Below the pieces are notes generated by a model. That model made no database searches and was not told the DNA's origin. It saw only the letters and a program-made list of their open reading frames with translations. DNA of 42,000 nucleotides from Candidatus Methylomirabilia bacterium (GTDB lineage Bacteria; Methylomirabilota; Methylomirabilia; Rokubacteriales; CSP1-6): the NCBI GenBank assembly GCA_041496385.1, contig JBGQEL010000032.1, positions 1 to 42,000 of the forward strand, in the 5' to 3' direction. The position numbers and the translations under genes were made by a program. Positions 27,026-36,616 of this stretch are shown piece by piece. The stretch's first letter is position 1. Each line of letters opens with the position of its first letter.

Positions 27026-27085
27026 CGCGCCCTCCGTCCTTCTCCGGAGTGTCGCGCGGTCCGAGCCATGAGGGAAACTGCGCCC

Positions 27086-27763
27086 ATGACGGCGCTCAAC
27101 CCGGTCCACGTGCGCACGCTGCGCGAGATCGCCCGCCGCCAGTCGTTCTCCCGCGCGGCGGAGGCGCTCGCCCTGTCGCAGCCAGCGGTGAGCCACCACG
27201 CCGCTGCCGTCGCGGAGAACGCGCTCGACCTCGCGATCGTGACGCTGCCCGTGCGGGCCCGCGGGCTGCTCGTGACGCCGTTCGCGCTGGATCCCCTGGT
27301 CGCGATCGCGCCGCCCCACCGCGGATGGCCGCGGGCGCGGCCCGCGACCGCCGCGGAGCTCGCCCGCCACCCGCTCATTCTCTACGAGCGGGGCGGCGCG
27401 ATCCGCCGCGTGATCGACGACTGGTTCCGGCGCAGCACCGCCGCGCCCCGCATCGCGATGGAGCTGGGGAACGCGGAGGCGATCAAGAAGCTCGTGGGCG
27501 CCGGCCTCGGCGTGTCGGTCTCCTCGCTGGTCTCGGTCGGCGACGAGGTCCGCGCCGGCACGCTGGTCGCCCGGCGTCTCGCCCCGCCCCTCACCCGCCG
27601 GCTCGGCCTCCTGCGCCGGCGGGACAAGCCTCAGAGCCCGGCGCTCGCGGCGCTCCTCTCGGCGCTCGAGCGGCCGAGCGCCCGCGCGCGCCGCTTGAGC
27701 TCGGGCCAGAACCGGGCGAGCGGCACCAGCGCCGCGATCAGGAGGGCGTTGGCCAGCACGTAG
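27086..27763 (+). pseudogene. LysR-type regulator with large in-frame internal deletion
   Basis: HTH SFSRAAEALALSQPAVSHH is joined directly to AAAVAENALDLAIV of the effector domain. The rest of the HTH, the linker helix and the first effector strands are absent. Confidence 0.75.
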
Positions 27764-28719
27764 AGCCACCAGGAGTGGAACACGACGCCGAATCGCTGGT
27801 GCACCAGGGTGAGCGCGATGATCTGGTGGACGAAGTAGAGGATGAGGGCGTTCTGGCCGAGCGTGACGAGCCAGCGCGCGCCGATCCCGCGCAGCTCGAG
27901 CAGGTAGAACGTCGCCGGCAGCCCCGTGAAGATCAGGCCGAAGATCCAGAGCAGCGTCACGCGGCCGGGGTTCCAGTGCTGGTTCAGCACGAGGTCGTGG
28001 CGCGAGCTGAAGTGCCACGCGTCCGGACGGCCGAGCTCGAGCGGCAGGAACGCCGCGAGGCAGAGGATGCCCACCGCCGCCATGCGTGTGAAGTAGCGCG
28101 TCCGGTCGCCGCCGCGCGCGCAGACGTCCGCCCACGACCAGCCCAGCGCGCCGCCGAGGAGCACGATCGCGAACCAGGGCCAGAGCGGAAAGTCGGTGAA
28201 CCAGACCTCGGCGATCACCGGATGGCCGAGCAGCCACGTCTTCAGCGCCGGGTAGGCGAACCGGAACGTCCCGTAGATGACCACGCCGGCGGCGGCCATC
28301 AACCAGCGCCCGGCGGGGTGGCGCCCGAGCGGCAGCAGCGGAGTCAGGAGGACGATCGAGAGCCCGATCGTCTGCAGTACCCCTCCCTCGAACAGCGGCT
28401 CGTCGGGGAAGACGAGGAGGGTCAGCAGCCAGCCGACCACCACGAGCTCGAGGCCGCGTCGGACGGCGCGCAGGACGACGCGGCCGTAGGACACGCCGCG
28501 TTCGGTCGCCGCGCGGTACGCGAGCGGCAGGCAGAAGCCGACGAGAAAGAGAAAGATCGGCGCCGCCACGGTCACGGTGACGTAGACCAGGTGGTACCGT
28601 GGCCAGCCCATCGGCCGCTCGATCCACCAGCGGCCCGTGTGGTTGAACACCATCGCGATCAGCGCGACGCCACGGAAGGCGTCGAGGAAGAGCTGTCGCC
28701 CGGCTGCCGGCGCCGCCAC
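27631..28719 (-). CDS. DUF1624 / HGSNAT-like membrane acyltransferase
   Basis: LDAFRGVALIAMVFNH, APIFLFLVG, GVLQTIG, FPLWPW, LGQNALILYFVH. Multiple TM helices. Confidence 0.85.
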   Translation of the reverse strand: MAAPAAGRQLFLDAFRGVALIAMVFNHTGRWWIERPMGWPRYHLVYVTVTVAAPIFLFLVGFCLPLAYRAATERGVSYGRVVLRAVRRGLELVVVGWLLTLLVFPDEPLFEGGVLQTIGLSIVLLTPLLPLGRHPAGRWLMAAAGVVIYGTFRFAYPALKTWLLGHPVIAEVWFTDFPLWPWFAIVLLGGALGWSWADVCARGGDRTRYFTRMAAVGILCLAAFLPLELGRPDAWHFSSRHDLVLNQHWNPGRVTLLWIFGLIFTGLPATFYLLELRGIGARWLVTLGQNALILYFVHQIIALTLVHQRFGVVFHSWWLYVLANALLIAALVPLARFWPELKRRARALGRSSAERSAASAGL

Positions 28720-28752
28720 GGCCCGTATCCTACTCCGCGGCGGGCGCGGGCG

Positions 28753-29448
28753 CTAGGCGATCAGGCGCGCGATCAGGAAGGCGGCGCCGGCGGCGAGGCC
28801 GCCGATGAGCATCGTCTGGAGCGCGCTCCGGAGCCGCGGGGCGCCGGTGAAGCGGCTCTTGACCCAGCCGAACACGCCGAGCGCCACCAAGGTCACGGCC
28901 ACCGACCACGGGAGCGCCGACGACGCGCGCGCCATTGTGATGTACGGGATCAGCGGGATGATCCCGCCCGCGACGTACGCGCCCGCGATCACGATGGCGC
29001 TCTGACGGGCGCGCCCGGAGTCCGGCTTGTCGAGCCCGAGCTCGAACCGCATCATGAAATCGCGCCACGCCTCGGGGCGCTTCCGCAGGGCGTTGACGAC
29101 GGGCTCGCTCTCCTCGCGCGTGAGTCCGTGCGACTGCAGGAGCTCCAGGACCTCGGCGGCCTCCAGCTCGGGCTTGTCCGCGATCTCCTGCTCCTCGCGC
29201 GCGCGCTCGCTCGCGTAGTGCTCGACGTCGCTCTTTCCGGCGAGGTAACCGCCGAGTCCCATGGCGATCGAGCCCGCGGCGATCTCCGCGAGGCCGGCCG
29301 TGACGATGATGGCCGTCGAGTCCACGGCGCCCGACAGCCCGGCGGCGAGCGCGAACGGAACGGTGAGGCCGTCCGAGATCCCGATGACGGTGTCGCGGAC
29401 GACGAGGCTCGAGGTGAAGTGCTGCTCGACGTGCGGCGTCAGTGGCAT
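28753..29448 (-). CDS. VIT1/CCC1 family Fe/Mn transporter
   Basis: RDTVIGISDGL, AEIAAGSIAMGLGGYLA, DFMMRFELGL, PLIPY. Confidence 0.93.
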   Translation of the reverse strand: MPLTPHVEQHFTSSLVVRDTVIGISDGLTVPFALAAGLSGAVDSTAIIVTAGLAEIAAGSIAMGLGGYLAGKSDVEHYASERAREEQEIADKPELEAAEVLELLQSHGLTREESEPVVNALRKRPEAWRDFMMRFELGLDKPDSGRARQSAIVIAGAYVAGGIIPLIPYITMARASSALPWSVAVTLVALGVFGWVKSRFTGAPRLRSALQTMLIGGLAAGAAFLIARLIA

Positions 29449-29457
29449 GGCCCCTCC

Positions 29458-29898
29458 CTACCTCCCGCGGACGGTCAGCACCGGACACCTCGCCGCGGCG
29501 ACGACCCGTCCCGCGACCGAGCCCGTGACGAGCTTGGCGAGACCCGAGCGCCCGTGCGTTCCGAGCACCAGGAGGTCGACGCGATTGGATCTCGCCGCGC
29601 GGACGATGCGCTCGTGCGGAACTCCCTCCAGCAGCAGGCCGCGCGCCCGCACCCCCGACGCCCTGGCCCGCACGACGAGCCTGGCGAGCTGCTTCTGCCC
29701 CCAGGCGCGTGAGGACGCGGCAAGGGCGTCGTACACCCCAGGCGCGACGTAGCCGTCGGCCATCAACGGCACGACGGCGCCCAGGACGTGGACGACGAAC
29801 AGGGTCGCCCGGTTGACCTTGGTCATCTCGACGGCCTTGGCGAAGGCGGCCCGGGACGCGGGCGAAAAGTCGGTGGCGTGCATGATGCGCCGGATCAT
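29458..29898 (-). CDS. Universal stress protein
   Basis: RBS AGGAGG, ATG 29898. ATDFS, DLLVLGTHGRSG, GSVA, CPVLTV. Confidence 0.92.
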   Translation of the reverse strand: MIRRIMHATDFSPASRAAFAKAVEMTKVNRATLFVVHVLGAVVPLMADGYVAPGVYDALAASSRAWGQKQLARLVVRARASGVRARGLLLEGVPHERIVRAARSNRVDLLVLGTHGRSGLAKLVTGSVAGRVVAAARCPVLTVRGR

Positions 29899-29995
29899 CG
29901 ATGGCCTCCTGCGCCGCGCGGGCGCCGCGTCGAGTTGCGGCCGAGCGGCGGCCGGCCCGGCGGCTCCCGTCGACGACATCGGGACGTGAAAGCGA

Positions 29996-30029
29996 GCGGG
30001 GGTTACGGCGCTCGGGCCGTAACCCCCGC
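29996..30029 (-). terminator. Hairpin downstream of tRNA-Gly (terminator-like)
   Basis: Perfect 14-bp stem GCGGGGGTTACGGC/GCCGTAACCCCCGC with a 6-nt loop. The U-tract is weak. Confidence 0.6.
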
Positions 30030-30034
30030 GGTGT

Positions 30035-30109
30035 TGGAGCGGGCGACCGGATTCGAACCGGCGACGTCCAGCTTGGGAAGCTGGCATTCTGCCACTGAAT
30101 TACGCCCGC
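30035..30109 (-). tRNA. tRNA-Gly (anticodon CCC)
   Basis: GCGGGCG/CGCCCGC acceptor stem, CCAGC-TTCCCAA-GCTGG anticodon arm, GGTTCGAATCC T-arm, U73, encoded CCA, 75 nt. Confidence 0.97.
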
Positions 30110-30149
30110 CCGGTGCCTCCCATCTTACTCGCTCGCGGGCGCGCCCGCT

Positions 30150-31703
30150 CTACTTGCCGTCCTTCAGGCTCATGTTGAAGGCCTGGATGACCTCGTCGGG
30201 GCGCGCCTTCCAGGTGAGCCGCTTGCTCACGCCGTAGAGATCGAGCTGCTGATAGAGCGGCACGGCTGGCATCTCCTCGACCCAGAGCTTGTTGATGCGG
30301 TGGTACTGCTCGAGACGCTTCTTGTCGTCCATGATCGCCTGCGCCTCGTCCACCATCCGGTTGAAGTCCTCGTTGTGCCAGTTCACGAAGATCCCGGGGG
30401 ACTTGAACAGCGGGACGTACACGGTCTCGGCGTCCATGGTGCCCGTGCCCCAGCCGATGAGCCAGACGGGCCCCGCCTTGTGGACGTACACCATGTTGTT
30501 CAGGTAGGTCACGAAGTCGTACGTGCGGAGCGTGGTCTTGATGCCGGCCTTCGTGAGCTGGCCGGAGACGGCCTCGGCGACCTCGGCGTCGCGCACGTAG
30601 CGGCCGCGCGGACCGTGCAGCGTGATCTCGATGCCACCGGCGAACCCTGCCTCGGCCAGCAGCTTCTTCGATCGGGCCAGATCGTACTTGATCGGCTTGA
30701 GCTGGGGATCGTAGCCGAAGTGCATGGACGGCAGCATGGTGGCCACGCGCATGCCCTTGCCGTCGAGGACGCTCTTGATGATCTCGTCGGCGTCGATGGC
30801 GTAGGCGATCGCCTGGCGGACGCGCTTGTCGGCGGTGGGCCCGTTGTAGGGCCCCGTCGGCTTGTGCTGGGCGTCCATCTGGTGCGAGTAGAACATGAGC
30901 TGGATCGTGCGGATGGACGGCGCCGTGGAGAGGAAGAGCTTCGGGTGCTTGTCGATGATGGCGGCCAGGTGCGGCGGGATGTTCACGGCGACATCGATCT
31001 CGCCGTTCTGGAGCGCCGCCACGCGCACGGCGTCGTCGGGGATCGGCCGGAACACGACGGTCTTGATCGTGGGCGCGCCGCGCCAGTACTGGTCGTTCGC
31101 CTCGAGCACGATCTCCTCGTCCTTCGACCAGCGGACGAACTTGAAGGGCCCGGTGCCGATCGGGGTCCGCGAGATGAACGTCGAGTCCTTGTCCTTGTAC
31201 GCCTTGGGCGGGTACATGCCGCCCTGCACGAACGTCATCACGACGGTGAAGGTCGGCCACGGCTTCTTGGTGTGGACCCGGATCGTGAAGGGGTCCACGA
31301 TCTCGACGCGGTCGATCGGCGCGAAGAACGTGGCGCCGCGAAGCTTGCCCTGCCCCTGGGCCAGGCGCTCGAGGCTGAACTTCGCCGACTCGGCGTTGAA
31401 TTCCTCGCCGTTGTGGAACTTCACGCCCTTCCGGAGCTTCACCTCCCAGGTCGACGGCGCCACCAGCTTCGGCATCTCCGTCGCGAGCGCCGGAACGACC
31501 TTCATGTCCGGATCCCGCTCGTAGAGCGTGTCGAAGAGGTGCCGGCCCACGTTCGACGCGGGAGTCTCCGACTGGTTCGCCATGTCGAGCGTCGTGGGAT
31601 CGACGCCTTGCGCGACCACGACCTTGCCCGCCGGTGTTGCGAGAGCCGCCGCGGGAACCGCGACGGCGAGAGCGAGCGCCACCATTGTGGACACGACACG
31701 CAT
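30150..31703 (-). CDS. ABC substrate-binding protein, family 5 (peptide/nickel/glutathione type), no adjacent permeases
   Basis: Signal peptide, PALAT, LRKGVKFHNGE, PIGTGPF, AALQNGEID, DKRVRQAIAYAID. Confidence 0.93.
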   Translation of the reverse strand: MRVVSTMVALALAVAVPAAALATPAGKVVVAQGVDPTTLDMANQSETPASNVGRHLFDTLYERDPDMKVVPALATEMPKLVAPSTWEVKLRKGVKFHNGEEFNAESAKFSLERLAQGQGKLRGATFFAPIDRVEIVDPFTIRVHTKKPWPTFTVVMTFVQGGMYPPKAYKDKDSTFISRTPIGTGPFKFVRWSKDEEIVLEANDQYWRGAPTIKTVVFRPIPDDAVRVAALQNGEIDVAVNIPPHLAAIIDKHPKLFLSTAPSIRTIQLMFYSHQMDAQHKPTGPYNGPTADKRVRQAIAYAIDADEIIKSVLDGKGMRVATMLPSMHFGYDPQLKPIKYDLARSKKLLAEAGFAGGIEITLHGPRGRYVRDAEVAEAVSGQLTKAGIKTTLRTYDFVTYLNNMVYVHKAGPVWLIGWGTGTMDAETVYVPLFKSPGIFVNWHNEDFNRMVDEAQAIMDDKKRLEQYHRINKLWVEEMPAVPLYQQLDLYGVSKRLTWKARPDEVIQAFNMSLKDGK

Positions 31704-31751
31704 GAAACGCCTCCTCAGGAGAGGGAGATGGATGCCATTGTGATGGCGCCT

Positions 31752-31780
31752 ACTCTAGGGGCCGGGCGCGAGCGAGTCAA
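31752..31780 (-). promoter_or_regulatory. Sigma70-type promoter for the family-5 SBP gene
   Basis: Minus strand TTGACT, 17 nt, TAGAGT. RBS GAGGAGG lies before ATG 31703. Confidence 0.6.
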
Positions 31781-33203
31781 GGAACGCGAGCGCCGCCTCG
31801 CGCGTGCGCACCCGCCCCAGGTCCTGCGCCTCGCGCACCCGGGCGAGCAGTCGCCCGATGGCCGGCCCCGGGGGCAGACCGAGCCGCGCCATCACGTCGC
31901 CGCCACGCAGGAGCGGCGCGGCCGCGAGCACGGCGTGCTGCGGCTCCCAGCCGGCCAGGAGGTCGCGGACCAGCGGGACGCGGCGCCACACCCGGAACGG
32001 TGACGCGCCGGTGAGCGCGGCGGCGTCCACCAGGGTCAGGAGCAGGAGGTCCTGGGTGTCCGCGCCGAGGTCGCGGTAGAAGCGGTAGCGCGCGCGGCGG
32101 CTCACCTGCCCGGCGGCCCCGAGGTGCATCGGGCGCAGGTGGTGCCGCACGAGCCGCTCGAGCAGGCCGACCGCCCGCTCCGGGAGGCGCAGCCGCTCGC
32201 CGATGGCGCGGGCGCGGACGGCGCCGAGCGTGTCATGCTCGTGAAAACGCACCCGGCCGGCGCTGACCCGACGGGTCTCGGGCTTGGCGACGTCGTGCAG
32301 GAGCGCGGCGAGCTTGAGCACGTGCGCGCGCGTGACGCCGCCGCCGAGCTCCCCGGCGACGTGGCGGGCGAGCGCGTCGCCGAACGGCGTCAGCGCGCCC
32401 AGGCGCGCCAGGAGCGCGTCGGCCCCCGTGACGGCGCGCAGCGAGTGCTCGAGCACGGCAAAACGGTGCGGCGCGGGCTGAGCCGTCGCGCGCATCGGCT
32501 CGACCTCGGGAACGATCACGGCCAGGAGGCCGAGCGCGTCCATGCGCCGGAGCGCGCGCGCCGACGCTGGGAGCGCCAGCACGAGCAGGAGCTCGTCACG
32601 CACGCGCTCCGCGGCGACCGTCGCGAGCGCGGGCGCGACCCGGCGGATCGCCGTCACGGTCCCCGGCGTCAGCCGGAAGCCGAGCGCGCCTTCGAGGCGG
32701 ACGCCCCGCAGCACGCGCAGCGGATCGTCCTCGAGCACGCGCGCGTCGGGCGGGCGCAGGCGCCCCGCCCGGAGGTCGGCGAGACCGCCCGTCGGGTCGA
32801 TGATGCGACCGCGCCCGCGGCGGAGCAGATCCCGCACCGACACCGCGAGCGCGTTGACCGTGTAGTCGCGTTCGGCGAGGTCCGCCGCGAGCGTCGGCGC
32901 GCGCCAGTCCGCCACGTCCACCTGGACCGCCGCGGCGACGACCCGCGCGGCGCCTCGCCGGGCGTCCAGGACCACGAAGGCGCCGCCGAGCCGGTCGGCC
33001 GCCCGGCGCGCGAGCGCGAGCGCGCCCGACTCGACGGCGACGTCGAGGTCGGCGCGGTCGACGCGCGACGCGCCCCCGAGCCGGGCGTCGCGGACCGCGC
33101 CGCCGACGAGCATGGGCGCGCTCCCGCGCGGCGCCGCGGCCAGCACCGCACGCAACCCCTCGATCGCCTCCGGGCGGAGCCGTTCGAGGCGGAGCTCAGC
33201 CAC
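31755..33203 (-). CDS. tRNA nucleotidyltransferase/poly(A) polymerase family protein with HD domain (probably CC-adding type)
   Basis: LVGGAVRD, DLDVAV, DLAERDYTVNA, IIDPTGGLADL, DDPLRVLR, ERVRDEL, LLHDVAKP. Confidence 0.88.
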   Translation of the reverse strand: MAELRLERLRPEAIEGLRAVLAAAPRGSAPMLVGGAVRDARLGGASRVDRADLDVAVESGALALARRAADRLGGAFVVLDARRGAARVVAAAVQVDVADWRAPTLAADLAERDYTVNALAVSVRDLLRRGRGRIIDPTGGLADLRAGRLRPPDARVLEDDPLRVLRGVRLEGALGFRLTPGTVTAIRRVAPALATVAAERVRDELLLVLALPASARALRRMDALGLLAVIVPEVEPMRATAQPAPHRFAVLEHSLRAVTGADALLARLGALTPFGDALARHVAGELGGGVTRAHVLKLAALLHDVAKPETRRVSAGRVRFHEHDTLGAVRARAIGERLRLPERAVGLLERLVRHHLRPMHLGAAGQVSRRARYRFYRDLGADTQDLLLLTLVDAAALTGASPFRVWRRVPLVRDLLAGWEPQHAVLAAAPLLRGGDVMARLGLPPGPAIGRLLARVREAQDLGRVRTREAALAFLDSLAPGP

Positions 33204-34074
33204 GTGCGTCGGACGGCAGGCCGAGGAACCGGGCGGCGTTGTCGCAGAAGATCTTCCGGCGGACCGCGTCGGGCAGGTCGCGGTCCCACGCCCAGCGCCG
33301 CTCCTCGTCGTAGTCGTAGGGGATCAGCGGGAAGTCCGAGCCGAAGAGAATCCTGTCCTGATGGCGCAGGATCGTCGCGTCGGGGATCGCGCGTCCGTCG
33401 CCGCCGACGTACGGCCCGGCGGCCGGCGCCAGCGCCATGGTCGTGTCCACGTAGACCTCGGGGTAGGCTTCGGTCAGCGCGAGGAAGGCGTTCTCCTCGA
33501 AACAGCCCATGTGCGCGACGCATGCGCGCAGGCGCGGGAAGCGCTGGAGCACGCGCCGGAAGCGGTTCGCGCCGGTGAAGGCGTCACGGTAGGGCATCGT
33601 GCCGGCATGGAGCATGAAGAGGTGCCCCTCGGCCTCGGCCCGCTCGTAGACCGGGAAGAGACGCTCATCGTCCAGGGGGAAGCGCTGGACCGAGCAGTGG
33701 AACTTGAATCCCCGGAGGCCGAGCGTGTCCAGCGCCTCCGCGGCGACCGCCGCGACGTCCGGGTCGCCGGCGTGGAGCGTGCCGAGCGGGACCGCCCCGG
33801 GCAGGCGCCCGGCGATCCCGGCGACCCAGCGGTTCAGCTCGCGGGCCATGCCGGGACGGTGCGCGTAGCTGAAGAAGCAGAAGCGCTCGACGCCGCGCGA
33901 CCGGAGCGTCGCGGCCACGCGCTCGGGCTCGAAGGGATGCGCGTTGACCCAGCGCGTCTCCGCGAACCAGCGCTCGATCGCGCGGGCGAGCCGCTCGGGA
34001 TGGAGATGCACGTGCACGTCGATGCACGGGAAGTGCGGGCCGAAGGGCGGCCGCCAGGGCTCGTTCGGCGCCAC
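33196..34074 (-). CDS. Amidohydrolase family 2 metallohydrolase
   Basis: IDVHVH, GFKFH, LHAG, VAHMG, ILFGSDFP, NAARF. Confidence 0.9.
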   Translation of the reverse strand: MAPNEPWRPPFGPHFPCIDVHVHLHPERLARAIERWFAETRWVNAHPFEPERVAATLRSRGVERFCFFSYAHRPGMARELNRWVAGIAGRLPGAVPLGTLHAGDPDVAAVAAEALDTLGLRGFKFHCSVQRFPLDDERLFPVYERAEAEGHLFMLHAGTMPYRDAFTGANRFRRVLQRFPRLRACVAHMGCFEENAFLALTEAYPEVYVDTTMALAPAAGPYVGGDGRAIPDATILRHQDRILFGSDFPLIPYDYDEERRWAWDRDLPDAVRRKIFCDNAARFLGLPSDARG

Positions 34075-34083
34075 CGGCGCGTC

Positions 34084-34971
34084 TCAGGCCAGGCTGAGCC
34101 CGGCCGGCCCGATCGTGTACTCGACGATCTCGTCCGACTTCGCGCTGCTGCGGTGCTTGACCACGCAGAGCATCCGCGCCAGGCGCGAGCCGGCGCGCTC
34201 GCTGCCCATGACGATGACGGTGTTGGCGGTGGCGCCGACGTCGCCCGTCGCCACCTTGCGCGCGAGGAGATCCTCGAGCCGCGTCTCCTCGGTCGTCACG
34301 AGGAGCAGCGTCGTGATCCGCGTGTGGTCGTAGCGGTGCGACTCGATGAACTCCCGGTGCTTCCAGACCGGCAGGCAGATCTCCATGCCGAGCGTCTCGC
34401 CGTCGCGGTGGATGGCCTTGCGGTAGAGCTCGTCGAACATGAAGACCTGGATCGAGTCAGCGGGCGCGTCCATCGGCTCGACGCCGTCCACCACCACGCG
34501 CCGCGTGCCCGCGGCGAAGTGGAAGTAGAGGAACGGGCGCACCGTGTAAAGCGCGTGGTTGTACATCGCCTTCCAGCTCCAGTCGAACTCGAGCGAGCCG
34601 TCGGGCGCCGGCACCTGGAAGTCGCGGACCCGGCCGACCCACCGGAGCGTGTTGGAGTAGTACGCCTCCATCTGGGCGGGCGGCGGGTACGGCTCGCTCA
34701 TGGGCGTCACCGTGTGCGTCCACGGGGTGAGCGCCCACTCGAACAGCCGCAGCGCGTACTCGTCGTGCTGCTGGGAGTCGCCGCGGCCGTTCATGTCGAG
34801 CACGACCCCGCGCGCGCCCTCGGCGCGGCGGCCGTGGTCGGCGAACGTGAGGCCGAGGTGCGTCTTGCCGATGCCGGTCGCGCCGTAGACGCACGTGAGC
34901 GTGCCCGGGAGCAGCCCGCCGCCCAGCATCGCGTCGAGCTTCTGGAGTCCGGTCGAGACGCGGTCGGTCAT
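34084..34971 (-). CDS. Single-domain KaiC/RAD55-like RecA-superfamily ATPase
   Basis: RVSTGLQKLDAMLGGGL, Walker A GATGIGKT, Walker B VVVDG, C-terminal RMLCVVKHRSS. Confidence 0.88.
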   Translation of the reverse strand: MTDRVSTGLQKLDAMLGGGLLPGTLTCVYGATGIGKTHLGLTFADHGRRAEGARGVVLDMNGRGDSQQHDEYALRLFEWALTPWTHTVTPMSEPYPPPAQMEAYYSNTLRWVGRVRDFQVPAPDGSLEFDWSWKAMYNHALYTVRPFLYFHFAAGTRRVVVDGVEPMDAPADSIQVFMFDELYRKAIHRDGETLGMEICLPVWKHREFIESHRYDHTRITTLLLVTTEETRLEDLLARKVATGDVGATANTVIVMGSERAGSRLARMLCVVKHRSSAKSDEIVEYTIGPAGLSLA

Positions 34972-34987
34972 GAGCGTGGATTCTACA

Positions 34988-36550
34988 CTAGGGCGCGCGC
35001 CGGCCCTTGCTCACGAACTGGCGCTCGTACAGCCGGACGAGCTCGTCGAGCGCCGTCGCCTGGCCCGGCCCCTTGTCGTCGCGGATCCGCGTGATGCGGG
35101 CGAAGCGGAGCGCGAGACCCGACGGATAGGTCGGGCTCTTCTGGATCTCGTTGTAGGCGACCTCGACGACGACCTCGGGGCGCACGCGCACCGTGTAGCC
35201 GTCGTCGGCGGTGGCCAGCGCCCGGAGGCGTTCGGTCATCGCGGCGAACTGGGCGTCGGTGAGCCCCTTGAACGTTTTCCCCACGTCGGCGAAGCCGTCG
35301 CCGTCGCGCACCGCCAGGTGGTAGTTCGAGAGCCAGCCGGTGCGCCGGCCCGATCCGCGATCCGCGGCGACGATCACGCAGTCCAGCGTCTGCGCGAGCT
35401 TCAGCTTGAACCAGCGCTTGCCGCGCCCGCCGGGCTCGTAGGGGCTCTGCGGATCCTTCGCCATGACGCCCTCGTGGCCGGCGGTGAGCGCCTGCTCGAG
35501 GAATCGTCGCGCGGCGTCCCTGTCGCTCACGATCGTGCGCTCCGCGAGGTGCCCGCCGCCCGTCACCTCGGCGAGTCGCTCCCAGCGGTCCGCGTACGGC
35601 GCGTCGATCAGCGAGCGCCCGTCGGCCATGAGGCAGTCGAAGAAGTGGACCGCGAGCGGCATCTCGCGCGCGAGCGCCTCGACCTCGTTGACGCGACGGA
35701 AGCGCCGCATCAGGTCCTGGAACGGCAGCGGGCGGCCCGCGCCATCGAGCGCCAGGACCTCGCCGTCCAGGATGAACGGCGCCCGGCCGAGCTCGGCGTG
35801 CGCGAGGGCCACGACGTCCGGCAGGCTCCGCGTCACGTCCGAGAGCCGGCGCGACCAGATGGCGACGCGCCCGCCGTCTCTATGGAGCTGGATGCGCGCG
35901 CCATCGTACTTGTACTCGAGCGCGGTCCGCCCGCCGTGGGCGGCCAGCACCTCGTCGAAGTCGCTCGCCGTCTCGGCGAGCATGGGCAGCAGCGGCACGC
36001 CCGGCCGCGCCGCCGTCGCGGCGAGCGCCGTCGCGCCGCCACGGCGCGCCAGCTCGGCCACCGTCGAGAGGTCGCCGAGCAGGAGCGCCGCACGGCGCGC
36101 CGCGGCGACGGGCACCCCCGCGGCGGCGGCGATGGCCTCGAGGACGAGCCCGTCCGAGACGCCGGTGCGCATCGCGCCGCCGATGATCCGCCGGAGCGCA
36201 TCGCGCTCGGGCTCGGTGGCGCGGGCCGCGAGCTCGCGCAGCCGCGCGTCCCGCGCGCGACGGGCGCCCGGCCCCTGCGCCTCGGCCACCGCGGCGAACG
36301 CGCGGGCGACGTCGTCGAACGTGAGCGGCGGGCCTGCGGCGGGGCCCGCGCCCTCGGGGAGACCGCGCACGCCGAGGGCGCGCGGGTCCGAGACGGGAAA
36401 CGGGCGCCCGGTCAGGAAGGTGACGGCGCTCGGGACGTCCTCGGGCGGCAGGGCGCGGAGGAGCTCCGCGACGCGCCGGAGCTTCTCGAGCCGCGCCGGG
36501 CGCGCCTCGAGCTCACCGATCAGCGCCGCGAGACGAGCGAACTCGGCCAC
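34988..36550 (-). CDS. ATP-dependent DNA ligase (archaeal/LigB-like)
   Basis: PMLA, EYKYDGARIQ, LDGE, FDCL, EGVMAKD, WFKLK, GKTFKGLTD, ALRFARI, RDDK. Confidence 0.95.
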   Translation of the reverse strand: MAEFARLAALIGELEARPARLEKLRRVAELLRALPPEDVPSAVTFLTGRPFPVSDPRALGVRGLPEGAGPAAGPPLTFDDVARAFAAVAEAQGPGARRARDARLRELAARATEPERDALRRIIGGAMRTGVSDGLVLEAIAAAAGVPVAAARRAALLLGDLSTVAELARRGGATALAATAARPGVPLLPMLAETASDFDEVLAAHGGRTALEYKYDGARIQLHRDGGRVAIWSRRLSDVTRSLPDVVALAHAELGRAPFILDGEVLALDGAGRPLPFQDLMRRFRRVNEVEALAREMPLAVHFFDCLMADGRSLIDAPYADRWERLAEVTGGGHLAERTIVSDRDAARRFLEQALTAGHEGVMAKDPQSPYEPGGRGKRWFKLKLAQTLDCVIVAADRGSGRRTGWLSNYHLAVRDGDGFADVGKTFKGLTDAQFAAMTERLRALATADDGYTVRVRPEVVVEVAYNEIQKSPTYPSGLALRFARITRIRDDKGPGQATALDELVRLYERQFVSKGRRAP

Positions 36551-36616
36551 GCGACCATTCTACCGACCCGCCGGCCCTTCTTGACTTCGCCCGAGCCGAC
36601 CCCCTACGCTCGTTTC

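Noticed and set aside
29900..30109. tRNA-Gly as the attachment site of an integrated element
   Set aside because: No integrase, no duplicated tRNA 3' end seen in the window, and no evident compositional shift.
34084..34971. recA, radA or a circadian kaiC call
   Set aside because: It is a single domain without RecA-specific motifs or the RadA Zn finger and Lon domain, and there is no kaiA or kaiB.
34895..36616. N-terminal half of the 1212-aa plus-strand ORF
   Set aside because: It is the antisense shadow of the DNA ligase. The real GAF-HD-GYP gene starts at ATG 36617 behind its own promoter.
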